Of a stretch of DNA of 64,000 nucleotides, positions 49,550 to 61,262 are shown one piece after another. Positions within the stretch are counted from its first letter, which is position 1. Each line of letters begins with the position of its first letter. This DNA is from Monocercomonoides exilis PA203. Lineage: Eukaryota; Protista; Preaxostyla. The notes under the pieces were generated by a model that did not search any database, was not told where the DNA came from, and saw only the letters and a program-made list of their open reading frames with translations. The position numbers and the translations under genes are program-made. The stretch is from assembly GCA_001643675.2 (NCBI GenBank), contig LSRY02000003.1:1984001-2048000 (forward strand), given 5' to 3'.

Positions 49550-51013
49550 TATTTAATTGTAATTTTGTCATAAAGCAAAGTGCGTTTTTCTTTTGAAAAG
49601 TCGCAAATATTTAATTATCAGGTTCATTGAAATTTTGCATTTTATCATTAATTCTTTCAATTGAAATGTCATAAAGAACCCTTTAACAAATTGTGATTTA
49701 AAAAATTTCCAGTATTTATTAATGTTTATTTCAGTCAACTTAGACAGATCGATTGTTTGAATTCAAGTTGAAAAATCAAATTTCGATTAAATTGAAAATT
49801 GAATATTGCCGACTTTTCAAAAAGAATAACACAAATGAGCTTATCAAAACGGACTCGAGAATAAAAAAATACTCGTGAAAAAAAATTGAAAACTCAATTG
49901 AAAAACAAATTAATGAAAAACATTTCAAGAACAAAAGAAGTTTAAAAACAATATGATAAAAATGTTTAGTTTTATTATCAAAAAATCTTTGAATATTCAA
50001 TTCTGCTTTTTTATTTAAAAAGAATTATTTGTGTTTTCAGAAATAGATTTCATCATGTTTAAATATTTTTTTGACTGAAATGTTTTTATTAACGATTTCT
50101 GCTGGTTTGTTAAGTTTTGATATTTTGATGATCAATAATAAATCTTCCATGAGTTTTTGGCAAGGTTGAAAAATTAATTTCATTTGGATGTTTTTCAATC
50201 AGAAAACACAAGAAAAAATAGAGGCTCAAAGAAAATAAAAAAATACAATTTCACAATAGAATAACTTTTTATAAAAAAAAACTTGAATGAAGACACATTG
50301 ATGTGGCTGAAAAATAAATGAAAAAATGAAATCAGTTCAAAATTCTGATAATTCGTTTTTGACTCTTGAATGTTTCAGAGTGATAAACTTTGTGATAGAA
50401 ATAGCTCAAAAAGATTGAAAATGAGTCGATAACAGAGAGATATTTTTGTGTGAAAAAGAAACAAACTATTCAATAAAAATAACATTTTATACCCTATATT
50501 ATAATTTTTGATTATCTTTTGAAATAACAAATAAAAGAAAAACAGAGAAAAAATGTTTTGAAAGCGAAAAACAAACAAACAAAAAATATTCATGAAACTC
50601 TGAAATGTGAAATCAACAAACATATTCAAAGTCATCGGCACAAAATGTTCATTGGAAGATAAGAAAACAAAGTTGTTTTGTTCTTATCATCAATGGAGTT
50701 CTTTGTAAGGAAAAAAGGCAATGAGAATGCTTAATGATAATTCATGGATTTGTTCCAATGGATATTTAAAAAAAAATATATTTGTGGTTTCTATCGAATA
50801 AAAAATTATTCCTCAAATAACTTACACATTGAAAAACACATCGCACATTTCGCGCTCTCTCCCTCTTTCTTTTCCTATTCCATCGCATGCTCATCCACGT
50901 GCAACCTTCCAAAGAAAATAACTCATTGTCGTAACATGTTCTTTGTTTTTCATTTTCAATCTGATTAGAAATATTGAACGAAAAAGTTTGTTCAACTCAA
51001 ACAAATTTCTGTA

Positions 51014-53314
51014 ATGTATCTGTTATTGCATTCTTTCTCCATCCACTCAACCATCTTCCTCCACACTCCCAACCCCATCGATGGCGCCATTCTCCCTTCC
51101 CTCAACAGTCCATCCACTTCTCTCTCTGCCTTCAACACCTCTTTCCTTCACCAAACACGCTCTTCTCCAAATGATCCCGTTGAATATATTGGAAATGAAA
51201 CTCACAGAGAGAAATTAAAAAGATTGTCCTTTATTGAATTGAACAGCTATCTCTTTGAGTGGTGCGAATGGAATAATTCAAATGGAGGAAATGATTATGG
51301 AGGTGCTCTAAAAGTCAACTGCACGAATGCCAATCTCACAATCACTTCTTGTTCATTCAATAATTGTTCAACAAATGGATCCAATGGTGGAGCGTTATAC
51401 AGTTACTGTTTGCAAAATGAGAACATTGCAAAATCAAATTTCACAAACTGTTCGGCATTGCATGGAGGAGCAATTGCTATAGATGGTCGACAATCATCTT
51501 CCGTTTATTCATTTTCAGACAACAGAGTTGAAAGTTGTAAAATCACAAGTACAATTGGAACTGGTTGGTATTTCTATATTGGTGATTTTTCTTCAAACGG
51601 TCAATTCCTGTTCACCAAATGCAAGTGCATTGCTAATTCTGGTGGTGATTCTGCTGGTTCTCTCACATTCAATTGGCCTCCACAAAACAAACCAAGTCAA
51701 TTTTTGATCAATGATTGTCAATTCACAAATAACAAACTGACTGCTTCTTCCATATATGGAGGTGCTGCAATGTGTTTCCTTCCACCATATTCCTGGATGA
51801 ATGGAGTAAAATTCATCACATTCTGCTTTTTCGATGGCAACACCGCAACAAATGGAAGGGGAAACGATGTGTTCTTCAGTGGTAATGCAATCACCCAATC
51901 TCCATTTGAAAATTGTGGATCAACAACCCCAACACAAAGAGTGTGGAATGCAGGAACAGCTGACAATGCTGAATATAATAGCTGGCTCCCCCTCGTTGCC
52001 CAGAACAAAATCGTTGCCAGCAATGGAACTGATGTCGATGCCTGTGGCAGACCCCAACAGACCCCATGCGCCACCATCGAGTATGCCCTCAACGGCTTCA
52101 TTTCCCTCCTCCAAGACGCCTCTCTCACCCTCCTCAGTTCAACATTTGTTCCAACTCAAACACTCACCTTCAGCGCGGTTGACACAAAAATCACTGGAAA
52201 TGGCACAACTGCCACCACCATCGCCTCCAGTGGCATTCCCCAACCACCAAACTCACATTCACAGTCATCACAATCAACATCATCAAATTCATCCTTGTCA
52301 TCATCATCAACATCTTCTTCACCAGATCCATCTGCCACTTCTGCCCTCTTCCAACAGACCCAGGGCTCCCTCACAGTCTCTGCCCTCGCCATCGCCCACA
52401 ACTCCTCAAACCAAATCACCCCCATCCTCTTCCACCTCTCCGGTAACTCCCCTTCCCTCAACCTCAACACAACAACCATCACCGGAACAACCTCCACACC
52501 AATCAAAACACCCCTCTTCTTCCTCACTGCTGGCTCCCTCTCCCTCAACCACACAGCAATCACCAGTCTCACCCTCAACAGCCAAAGCATCTTCCACCTC
52601 ACCTCCCTCACAAATCCCCTCACCCTCAATTCCTCCAACATCACTCACATCACCTCCACAGCCACCCCTACCAGCTGTGTCCTCTCCTCTGCTTCCTCCC
52701 CTGCCCTCTCCCTCTCCCTCGCCAACTGCACCATCACCAACATCAACTCAGAACAATTCAGCCAACAGACTGCCACCAATGGCGGGTGCATCTCATTCGC
52801 CTCATCTGCCCCTGCCAACACATTTTCTGTGAGTGACACAGCCTTCTCCAGCTGCTCTGTGAGCGAGGATACAAGTTCTGGAGGAAGAGGCGGTGCTCTC
52901 ATGATCGAGTACAAGGATGATTCAGAAGTGTCAACCACAACCTTTTCCATCACCAATATCGTGTTTTCAGCCAACAAGGCCAGCGTCGGAAGAGATATGT
53001 ATTTTGTGTGTGAATCCCTTGTCGCTTCTGTGAAGGAACCCTTGTTCGCCTTCATGAGAAGCATCACTCAGAAAGACAACTCGGCTGTTGGACATGACAG
53101 AACAGAAGCATTCGGTGATTGGAATGTCGATTAGTTTATATTTCTCAACGGGCACACAGCTGACAATGAATATGTGAATGATCATCCTGGTATCAAAGCA
53201 ATGAATTGCTGGCTATCAAAGATGTCCTGCAAGAGGACACAAAATGCGATGGATCTTCTGAAAAAGGTGCAGATCATAAGGCAGAAATCATTTCATCAGC
53301 TGACTTGTCGGTGA
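51014..53314 (+). CDS. Variable beta-helix protein copy 12, LONG form (706 aa to a premature TAG at 53132-53134; homology continues to TGA 53314)
   Basis: Colinear with copy 4. GTC GAT TAG here corresponds to GTC GAT TTG in copy 4, and the downstream frame still matches copy 4 to HQLTCR*. Confidence 0.8.
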
Positions 53315-53784
53315 ATTTATGTGCAAATGAAGGCAAAGTCGAAGAAAGTTGGGGAGATGGCACACAAAATTGAAGAAAACATCTCATATGTGCATTTGAT
53401 GAAATCAACATTGCTTGTCGGGCATTTATTCTCTTCTTTCATAGAATTATCCATTAAATATGCCTTTTCAAATAAATATGTTTCCCTCATCGTTTCATCT
53501 TCTCCGACATATTGAAGGCGTGTGACGTTGTGTAACCTGCCGAACGCTATTTTTGAGCTCATTCATTTCATAAAAGAATTGCTCTAATACTCTTTCTTTT
53601 TTATCTGCGCCTCTTTCAGCTTCCAAATAAAAAAAGGCAAAATCGTCCTCCTTTTTTGATTTCGCTCCGACTGATCAGCTTTTTTCGACTCGAAATCACC
53701 TCTATTGCTATTTAAATTTGGCTACATTTTGTAATAGAATGAATAATCCTTTTGTGCTTCCGAAAAGAAAATAAAAGATGACAA

Positions 53785-56700
53785 TTGGCCCTGAATTCGA
53801 TGGGAGTTGAACGAACTGAAAAAAACAGTATCATTTTTGATGTTCATCGAAGAAGGAGTTGAAGAAGAAGAAGAAGAAGAAGAAGAAGAAGAAGAAGAAG
53901 AAGAAGAAGAAGAAGAAGAAATGGTTGACTGAAGAAGATTTTGCGTGTTTTTGGCCATGCGATTCATAACAGGTGTGCTTGTCGCTGAATAAGCAAGTGA
54001 ATTGTGAGAAAGCGAATTTTGTGTTTGTAAATCGAGAAATGAGGAAGATGATCGATTGAATGAAGGAGGATTATCAGAAGACTACGACGAAGAAGAAGAC
54101 GAAGAAGAAGGAAACGATGAGGAGGAAGAAGAAATGATGTGACAGAGAAGTGTGCAATCAGTCAACTGGCATTACTGAGAAAGATGATGAGAACGCTTTG
54201 TGCGATGTCGTTGGTTGGCCAAAACGTCTCACTTGATGTATAAACTTCTGATTGGCTTGAAAAATTCAATCACAATATTTGTGACGAACAGATTGTGGAA
54301 ATCACTCTTGCTGTATTTCTTCAAAGTCAATTCACTTTCTTTTTGCGATTTCCTCTCCTTTCCCCTCAAAAACAAATAATGAAAATATTTCTTAATTTCC
54401 ATTCCTTTCCAATTTTCCTCTTCCATTCAGCTCGCAAAATCATCAAAAATATCAATCCCCTCCTTTTCTTCATCTTTCCCCATCTCTTCCAAAATACCTT
54501 CTCCTCTCATAAAAAAACACCCCTTTCCATTTGAACACTTCAGAATATTCCTCCTCTTTTCCACTTTAACCCCTTTTCTTTCTTTTCAAAATCCATATCT
54601 CCAATCAACAATCAGTCCTCTTTCATCATCCCCAGTCACTTCTCTACATATTTTCTACATTTTCCTCCAAATTTCCACTTGCTCTTCCCCACCCCTTTGT
54701 CTCAGAATTTCTTTCATTCAAAAGCCCCTCTTGAAATATAAACATTCAAAAAAACAAGCAACTCCCACCCCCTGCCACAAAAAATATTCTTCCATCTCTT
54801 CTCTGCCCCATATTCCACCTGTGCAAGGTGTTGATGAGATAAACATCAAATACTTCTTTTGGTGGTTGAGAATATTATTAAAGGAGATGATCATGCCAAA
54901 AACAGAAAAAACCCCTCTGGACATCCACCACAATGTGTACGGGCTGAGAAGACCCTCCAGTGAGATATACAATGTATTTTGTGGAGATGCATTCCGTGCT
55001 GTATTCAATCATTCTGAGACTGAAATGAAGAGATTGATTTATTTTTTGAATGATGATTGTTGTGGAAATGAGGGTGTTTGGCAAAACACAGTCGAAGTTC
55101 AGTTTGACATTTATTTATTTTTATTTATATGAATATTTGCCTTTTGATGTATTTTGTGTTTCTTTCAGGGCAGGAAGTGGAAAAGAATGAAAATGAATGA
55201 AAGCGGGATATCTCGTTGTGCATGGTGGCTATGGAGTTGGGAGAGCGAATTCATATGGAAAGTGCCCAGGGTGAAGGGATTGGGAAGGGAATTGGAGATG
55301 ATATTTTCCGACGAAAAACAGGACATTTTTCAATGATGAGAATGGAATTTGAGCAGAAATCAAAAATTTCACATTTTCAGAAGAGCAAGAAATCGCTGCA
55401 TTTGATGGGGAAATGACTTCTGGAAAGGATTATTTGCGAATCAGATGATGAAACATTCGAAAAAGGAAGGAATTATGAATTTTTATTGAGGGGAAACAGT
55501 TGCCAATTGGATAAAATAGAGTTATTGACTTGAGCATTGGTTCTGAAGGTTTGATATTGTTATTTTTTGAAGTAATTATTATTTTGTTTTAAGAATGCTG
55601 AAAGAATGAAGGATTAGATGGCTTTGAAGAAGAAAAGTTGGGAAGGAAGAATAAAGAAGGACAGATGAAATGCGAGATATTTCGAAGATGCTTGGCATTG
55701 GGCTTTGACAAATAATTATTTTTGAGGAAAGATAATTTGAGTGAAATAAGGGAAGTGAAAGAAGAAGGCATGGAATGAAAAAGGGAACGCTCAATTTTTC
55801 ATATTTTTAGATGGAAAGAGAGAAAGAGATTGAGCTGAAAGTGAAAAATGTTCAGAGGCTATTGTTTGCAAGAAGAAAAAGGAACATAAGAAGAGAATTT
55901 CAATGAATTTCTCCGTTGACATTAATTGACGCTCATCTTCTCAATTTTCAACAATTAATAATCACATTCAATCCGTTCATCATCATCATCTTCTTCAAAT
56001 ATATCAACAACATTTCACACGCTTCTTCTTCTTCTTCATTCACTTCATCTGATCGAATTTCTTCATGATCTGTTTCATCGTCAGAGATCATGAACGAAAT
56101 GAAGAAACGGAGAAATTTTGCGGCTGAAGGAAATAATCAGAAATAAAAACAAGAGTTAGAAGAAGAATGAAAGAAGAGGAGAAAGAGAAAGAGAATGAGA
56201 ATGAAGAGCGTGTTTTGAGAGGAGAACTGGAAAGGAAATAGAATAGAGAAAATGGAAGAGGGGTTTTTTGAATGAAAGGAAGAAGATGAATGAATTTCAA
56301 ATATGAGTTGGAAATAAAATTTGAGAAGAGAAGGAAGGTTGAACAGCACAAAAGAGATTATTTGGATAAGAAAAGGAAGATGCTTGAGAAGCGAAAAAAT
56401 TGAAAAGCAGAACAACAAAGAAGACAATACGATGAATTACAAGAGAAATCAAAAATATGAAAAAAGAGAGAAAAGAAGGAAAGAGATGAGAGGCGATGAT
56501 AAAGAAAGAAAAAATGAGAGTAAGCCAGCTATTGAAAGTCTGATAATCTGCAGTTTTATTAATCTGCATTCTTTTTGCTTGGGTTGTTGAGCCACATTGC
56601 TGGAATGGAGATTGAGTGATGGAATTACCATTGAAAAACACATCATTCCCTCTGCCATTTTTGGCAGTGTTTCCATCGAAAAAGCAGAATGTGATGAATT

Positions 56701-57863
56701 TTATACTATTCATCCAGGAATAAGTTGCTGTGCAACACAGCGCAGCTCCTCCCCATGAAGTTGAAGTTGATGTCAATTTGTTGTTTAAGAACTGACAATC
56801 ATTAACTAAAAATTGATTTGGTTTATTTTGTGGAGGCCAACTGAATGTTAAAGAGCCAGCAGAATCTTTACCAGAATTAGCAATGCACTTGCATTTGGAA
56901 AACAGGAATTGAGCATTAGAAGGCATGCTTTCGAGCCTAAAATACCAGCCAGTTCCACACCAATCAGTTATTGAACAACTTTCGACTCTGTTATCTTGGA
57001 ATGTCCAAACAGAATTTGATTGCGGATACCATGAGGTGACTGCTCCTCCATGAGCAGCTGAACAGCTCGAGAAATTGGATTTTGTGAGAGAGATTTTCAA
57101 CAAATTTTGACAGAATAAGGCTCCTCCTTCGTCGCCGCTCGAACAGTTGAAAAATGAACAAGAGCTGATTGAGAGATTTGCATTCGTGCAAGAAACATGC
57201 AGTGCTCCACCCCAGTCACTTGATCCACTGCTTGAATCATTCCATTCGCACCACTCAAAGAGATAGCTGTTCAAACCAGTAAAGGGCAATCTTTTTAATT
57301 CCTTTCTTTGAGACTCAGAACCAATATATTCAACGGGATCATTTGATAAAGAACGTGTTTGGTGGAGAAAGGAAGTGTTGAAGGCAGAAAGAGAAGTGGA
57401 TGGGTTGTTGATGTTGGGGAGGATGGCACCATCGATGGGGTTGTGGGTGAGGAGGAAGATGGTTGAATTGGAGGATTTTGCTTGCAAGAAAAACAAACAA
57501 AAATGAAAGAAGAAAAAATGATTTCATCGAAAATCTTAGTTTTTATTTATATTCATTTCCGCAAATCTCAACCTTCAATCAACTCATCAGTTCATTCATT
57601 TTCATCACATCACACAGCTTCTTCTTCGTCTTCTTCGCCTTCTTCAACTTCTTCAACTCCATTAACCTCTTCTTCTTCTCCACTCTCTTCGTCGTCTTCG
57701 CCTTCTGCTGCTTCATCTTCGTCTTCTTCATTTTCATCTTTTTTATTTTCTTCCTCTTTTCCTTGCTGTTTAATTCCTTCAACCATCATCGTTTTCCCAT
57801 GAATTCCAAAATAAGCCAATGAGAACATTCTCATTCAGAGAAATGCAATCTGAAAGCTTCTAT
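53785..57863 (-). repeat. Right arm of the ~4.1 kb inverted repeat
   Basis: Reverse complement of 41228-45304. Confidence 0.95.
56297..57527 (-). pseudogene. Variable beta-helix cassette 13 (inverted duplicate of cassette 10)
   Basis: ORF translations are identical to 41564-42794, including the same leader frameshift. Confidence 0.85.
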
Positions 57864-59415
57864 TTCTCCGACAAACTTATTCAACATGTTAAAAGTCTTC
57901 TCATTCTTTTTCATTTTCGTCGTCTTTATCATCTGATCCATCACCATCAACCTCAAAACATGCAATACAATCTTCTTCTGCAACATATTCTGACACTTCC
58001 TTCTAATTTTTTTTCTTCTCCACCTTCTTCGTCGACTTCGCCTTTATCTTCGTCGTAATCATCATCATCTTCTTCTTCACCTTCTTCATTGTTTCCTTCA
58101 TCACCTTCTTTTTTTTCTTCTACTGCTTCTTTATCTTCGTATTCATCTTCACTTCTATCTTCATCAGATATTTATATCGTTTGTATATTTTCGGGCCAAT
58201 GGACAAACATCATTATTTTTTGTTTTTGAAGAGAAAGAAGAGGCAACCACACAAAGGCAGTCAATTTACTTGAGAAAATCCAATTTTATAAAGTTGCATC
58301 AATATGTCCATCACTATAATGGAGATTATGAAATTCTTTTTCAACCAAAATCAACCTATCGAAAAAGTTTTTTATAATCAACTGACAACACACATAACAC
58401 CATCCTCCTTCTGCGGAAACATTTTTGCATTTTTTATATATTTCTCAAACACCATAAATATTTATCTTCCCCTTCTTCTTCTTCACCTTATTTGTCATTT
58501 TCCTCGTCATTTTCCTCGTCATTTTCTTCGTATTCTTCTTCAACTTCTTCAACATCTTCAATATCTTCTGCGTCTTGTCCTTTCCTATCAAGTGCACCAT
58601 CTTCAAATTCGTATTCTTCTTCAATGCCTTCTTCGATGAAAAACAAAAATAATCTTGATTTTTTCATTTCATTCAACCACCCTCAGACTTTACAGCACGC
58701 TTCGCCTTCAGCATCAATTTGGAAACACAAAAAGAATATTCATTTAATCGCGGAATAACAGCCGAAATTATGAGACAACGAAATGAAAGTAATTTTTAGA
58801 GGAGAATAGGCTATTAGCAGCGCAAAATAAAAAAAAAAAAGGAAGATAGGTTTGACTTTTTTCATTTGGAAGCTGAAGCATTTGCAGTGAAAACAGAAAG
58901 GGCATTGAAGCGATTTTTGTTTGGAATGACTGGGTTCCTAAATAGACTTCGGCAGGTTACACATCTACGAAACTGGAGCAAATTGTTGGAAATGAAATGA
59001 AGAGGAAAAGGAATTTAGAGGGAAAGGCTTATTTGAAAAGAAATTATATGAGATTCTTGCTCCAATTGGATACTAACAAGTTGGAATAAGAAAGCTGATG
59101 AAAATTGATGTTTTTGAAAAACTTTCTGATATGATCGAAGAGAGGAAAACGGAATATTGCATTCTACAATGAGATTTATTATCAATCAAAAAAAAAAAAA
59201 AAAAAAAGAAAGAAAGAAAGAAAAAGAAAAAGAAAAAAAAAGAAAGAAAGAAATAATAAGATGAGGAAATTGAGAAGAAATATTTTTATATGAGCTAATG
59301 TTAAGGATTTTGAAAGAAAAGTATTGATATATGATTTAGTTGAAAAAGCAATGAAAGCTCAAGAAATTTTATATGATATGGAAAAAATCACAACAAGATG
59401 AAACGTTTGAGGAAA

Positions 59416-60665
59416 TTACAAGGAGATTAGAAAAGCGTCATCATTTCCAGTGATTTTTGTGTCAACCGCGCTGAAGGTGAGTGTTTGAGTTGGGACAAAT
59501 GTTGAGGAAAGGAGGGTGAGGGAGGCGTCTTGGAGGAGGGAAATGAAGCCAGTGAGGGCATACTCGATGGTGGCGCATGGGGTCTGTTGGGGCCTGCCAC
59601 AGACATCAGCATCAGTTCCGCTGTTAGAAACGATTTTGTTCTGGTTGATGATTGGAAGCCAGCCATTATATTCAGCATTATCAGCTTGTCCATTATTATA
59701 CACTCTTTTAGTTGGAGTTGTTGAGCCACAATTTTCAAACGGAGATTGTGTGATGGCATTACCACTGAAGAACACGTCATTTCCTCTTCCATTTGTGGCA
59801 GTGTTTCCATCGAAGAAACAGAATGTGATGAATTTTACTCCACTCATCCAAGTGAAGGTGTTTGTGCAACACAGCGCAGCTCCTCCGCGTGAAGATGATG
59901 CACTTGTCAATTTATTATTTATGAATTGGCAATCATTAACCAAAAATTTCTCTGGTTTATTTTGTGGAGGAGTATTGAATGTGAGAGAGCCAGTTGAATC
60001 GTTACCAGTATTTGCAATGCACTTGCATTTGGAAAACAGGAATTGGCAAGTTGAAGTCATATTATTGAGCCAGAAATACCAACCAGTTCCACACCAGCTG
60101 GATATTGAACAATTTTCCACTCTGTTTTCTGAGAAGGACCAATCGGAAGTGGATTGTGGATAAGCTATTTCAACAGCTCCTCCATGTAAAGCGGAACAAT
60201 TTGTGATATTGGATGTTGTGATGTTAACGTTTAACAGATAAAAGCAATCTAATGCTCCACCATTGTGTCCTTTTGCCGAACAATTGTTGAACGAACAAGA
60301 AGTGACTGTGAGATTTGCATTTGCACAATCGATACAAAGTGCACCTCCACGACTTGTTTCACTTTTTGAATCATTCCATTCGCACCATTCGAAGAGATAG
60401 CTATTCAATTCAGTAAAGGATAATCAACTTAATTCTTTTCTTTGAGATTCAGATCCAATGTATTCAACGGGATCATTTGATGAAGAGTGTGTTTGGTGAA
60501 CAAAAGAAGCATTGAATGCAGAAAGAGAAGTAGATGGGCTGTTGAGGTTGGGGAGGATGGCACCATCGATGGGGTTGTGAGTGTGGATGAAAATGATTGA
60601 ATTGGAGGATTTCACTTGCAAGAAAAACACACAAAAATGAAAGAAGAAAACCAGAAAAATGATTT
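59416..60665 (-). pseudogene. Variable beta-helix cassette 14 (start codon lost; in-frame TGA at 60426-60424)
   Basis: The ttcgATGaaatc context reads ttcgGAGaaatc. It has KELS*LSFTELNSY where cassettes 8 and 10 read KELRRLSF and KELKRLPF. The rest is the 330-aa ORF. Confidence 0.85.
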
Positions 60666-61262
60666 CTCCGAAACTCTCTGTTTTTCTTTGTAATCATTTG
60701 CCTTCACAATTTTCAACAATTAATCATCTCAGTTGTCTCTTCTTCTTCTTCTTCTTCTTCAAACATATCAACAACATATCACACAATTTCTTCTTCGACT
60801 TCATCATTCACTTCCCAATTTTTAATTCTTCATCAATTGCATCAGTGTGAGAGATAAAAAGAAAAATAAAGAAGAAACGAAGAGTATTATTTGAGCAAGA
60901 ATTTTTTGTTATGAAGATGAAAATGTGTTTTATGTGAGAAAGGGAAATGAAGGCAGGCAAGAAAACTCACACAAAGCCAGAGAAGATATTTATCGTCTGG
61001 AGTTAGAGCGAAATTGACTTCAGTTTTTGAGATTGGAGAGGAAAACATTTTGTGGAATCTTTCTGAAGCCGCATGGCTTCTGTGGAATTTTTGCTTTTAT
61101 CCAACAGAATGGCAAATGACAGCAACTGCAGCATTTTCCATTTTTGAATCGATCTTTTCACATATTCCACATTTTATTCATCTGATGCAAGACAATAACG
61201 ATTATTCATTCATCATCAGCATAGCTTCTTCTTCATCTTCTCATTTCAACTCAACTTTTTAA

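Noticed and set aside
48170-51000. Short ORFs and possible RNA genes in the AT-rich spacers (also 1000-3000)
   Set aside because: Low-complexity F/I/K/N translations with no motifs, and no tRNA or rRNA signatures recognised.
1-60665. Diversity-generating retroelement behind cassette variation
   Set aside because: No reverse transcriptase or TR/VR pair is visible, and differences involve all bases, indels and block swaps rather than adenine-specific changes.
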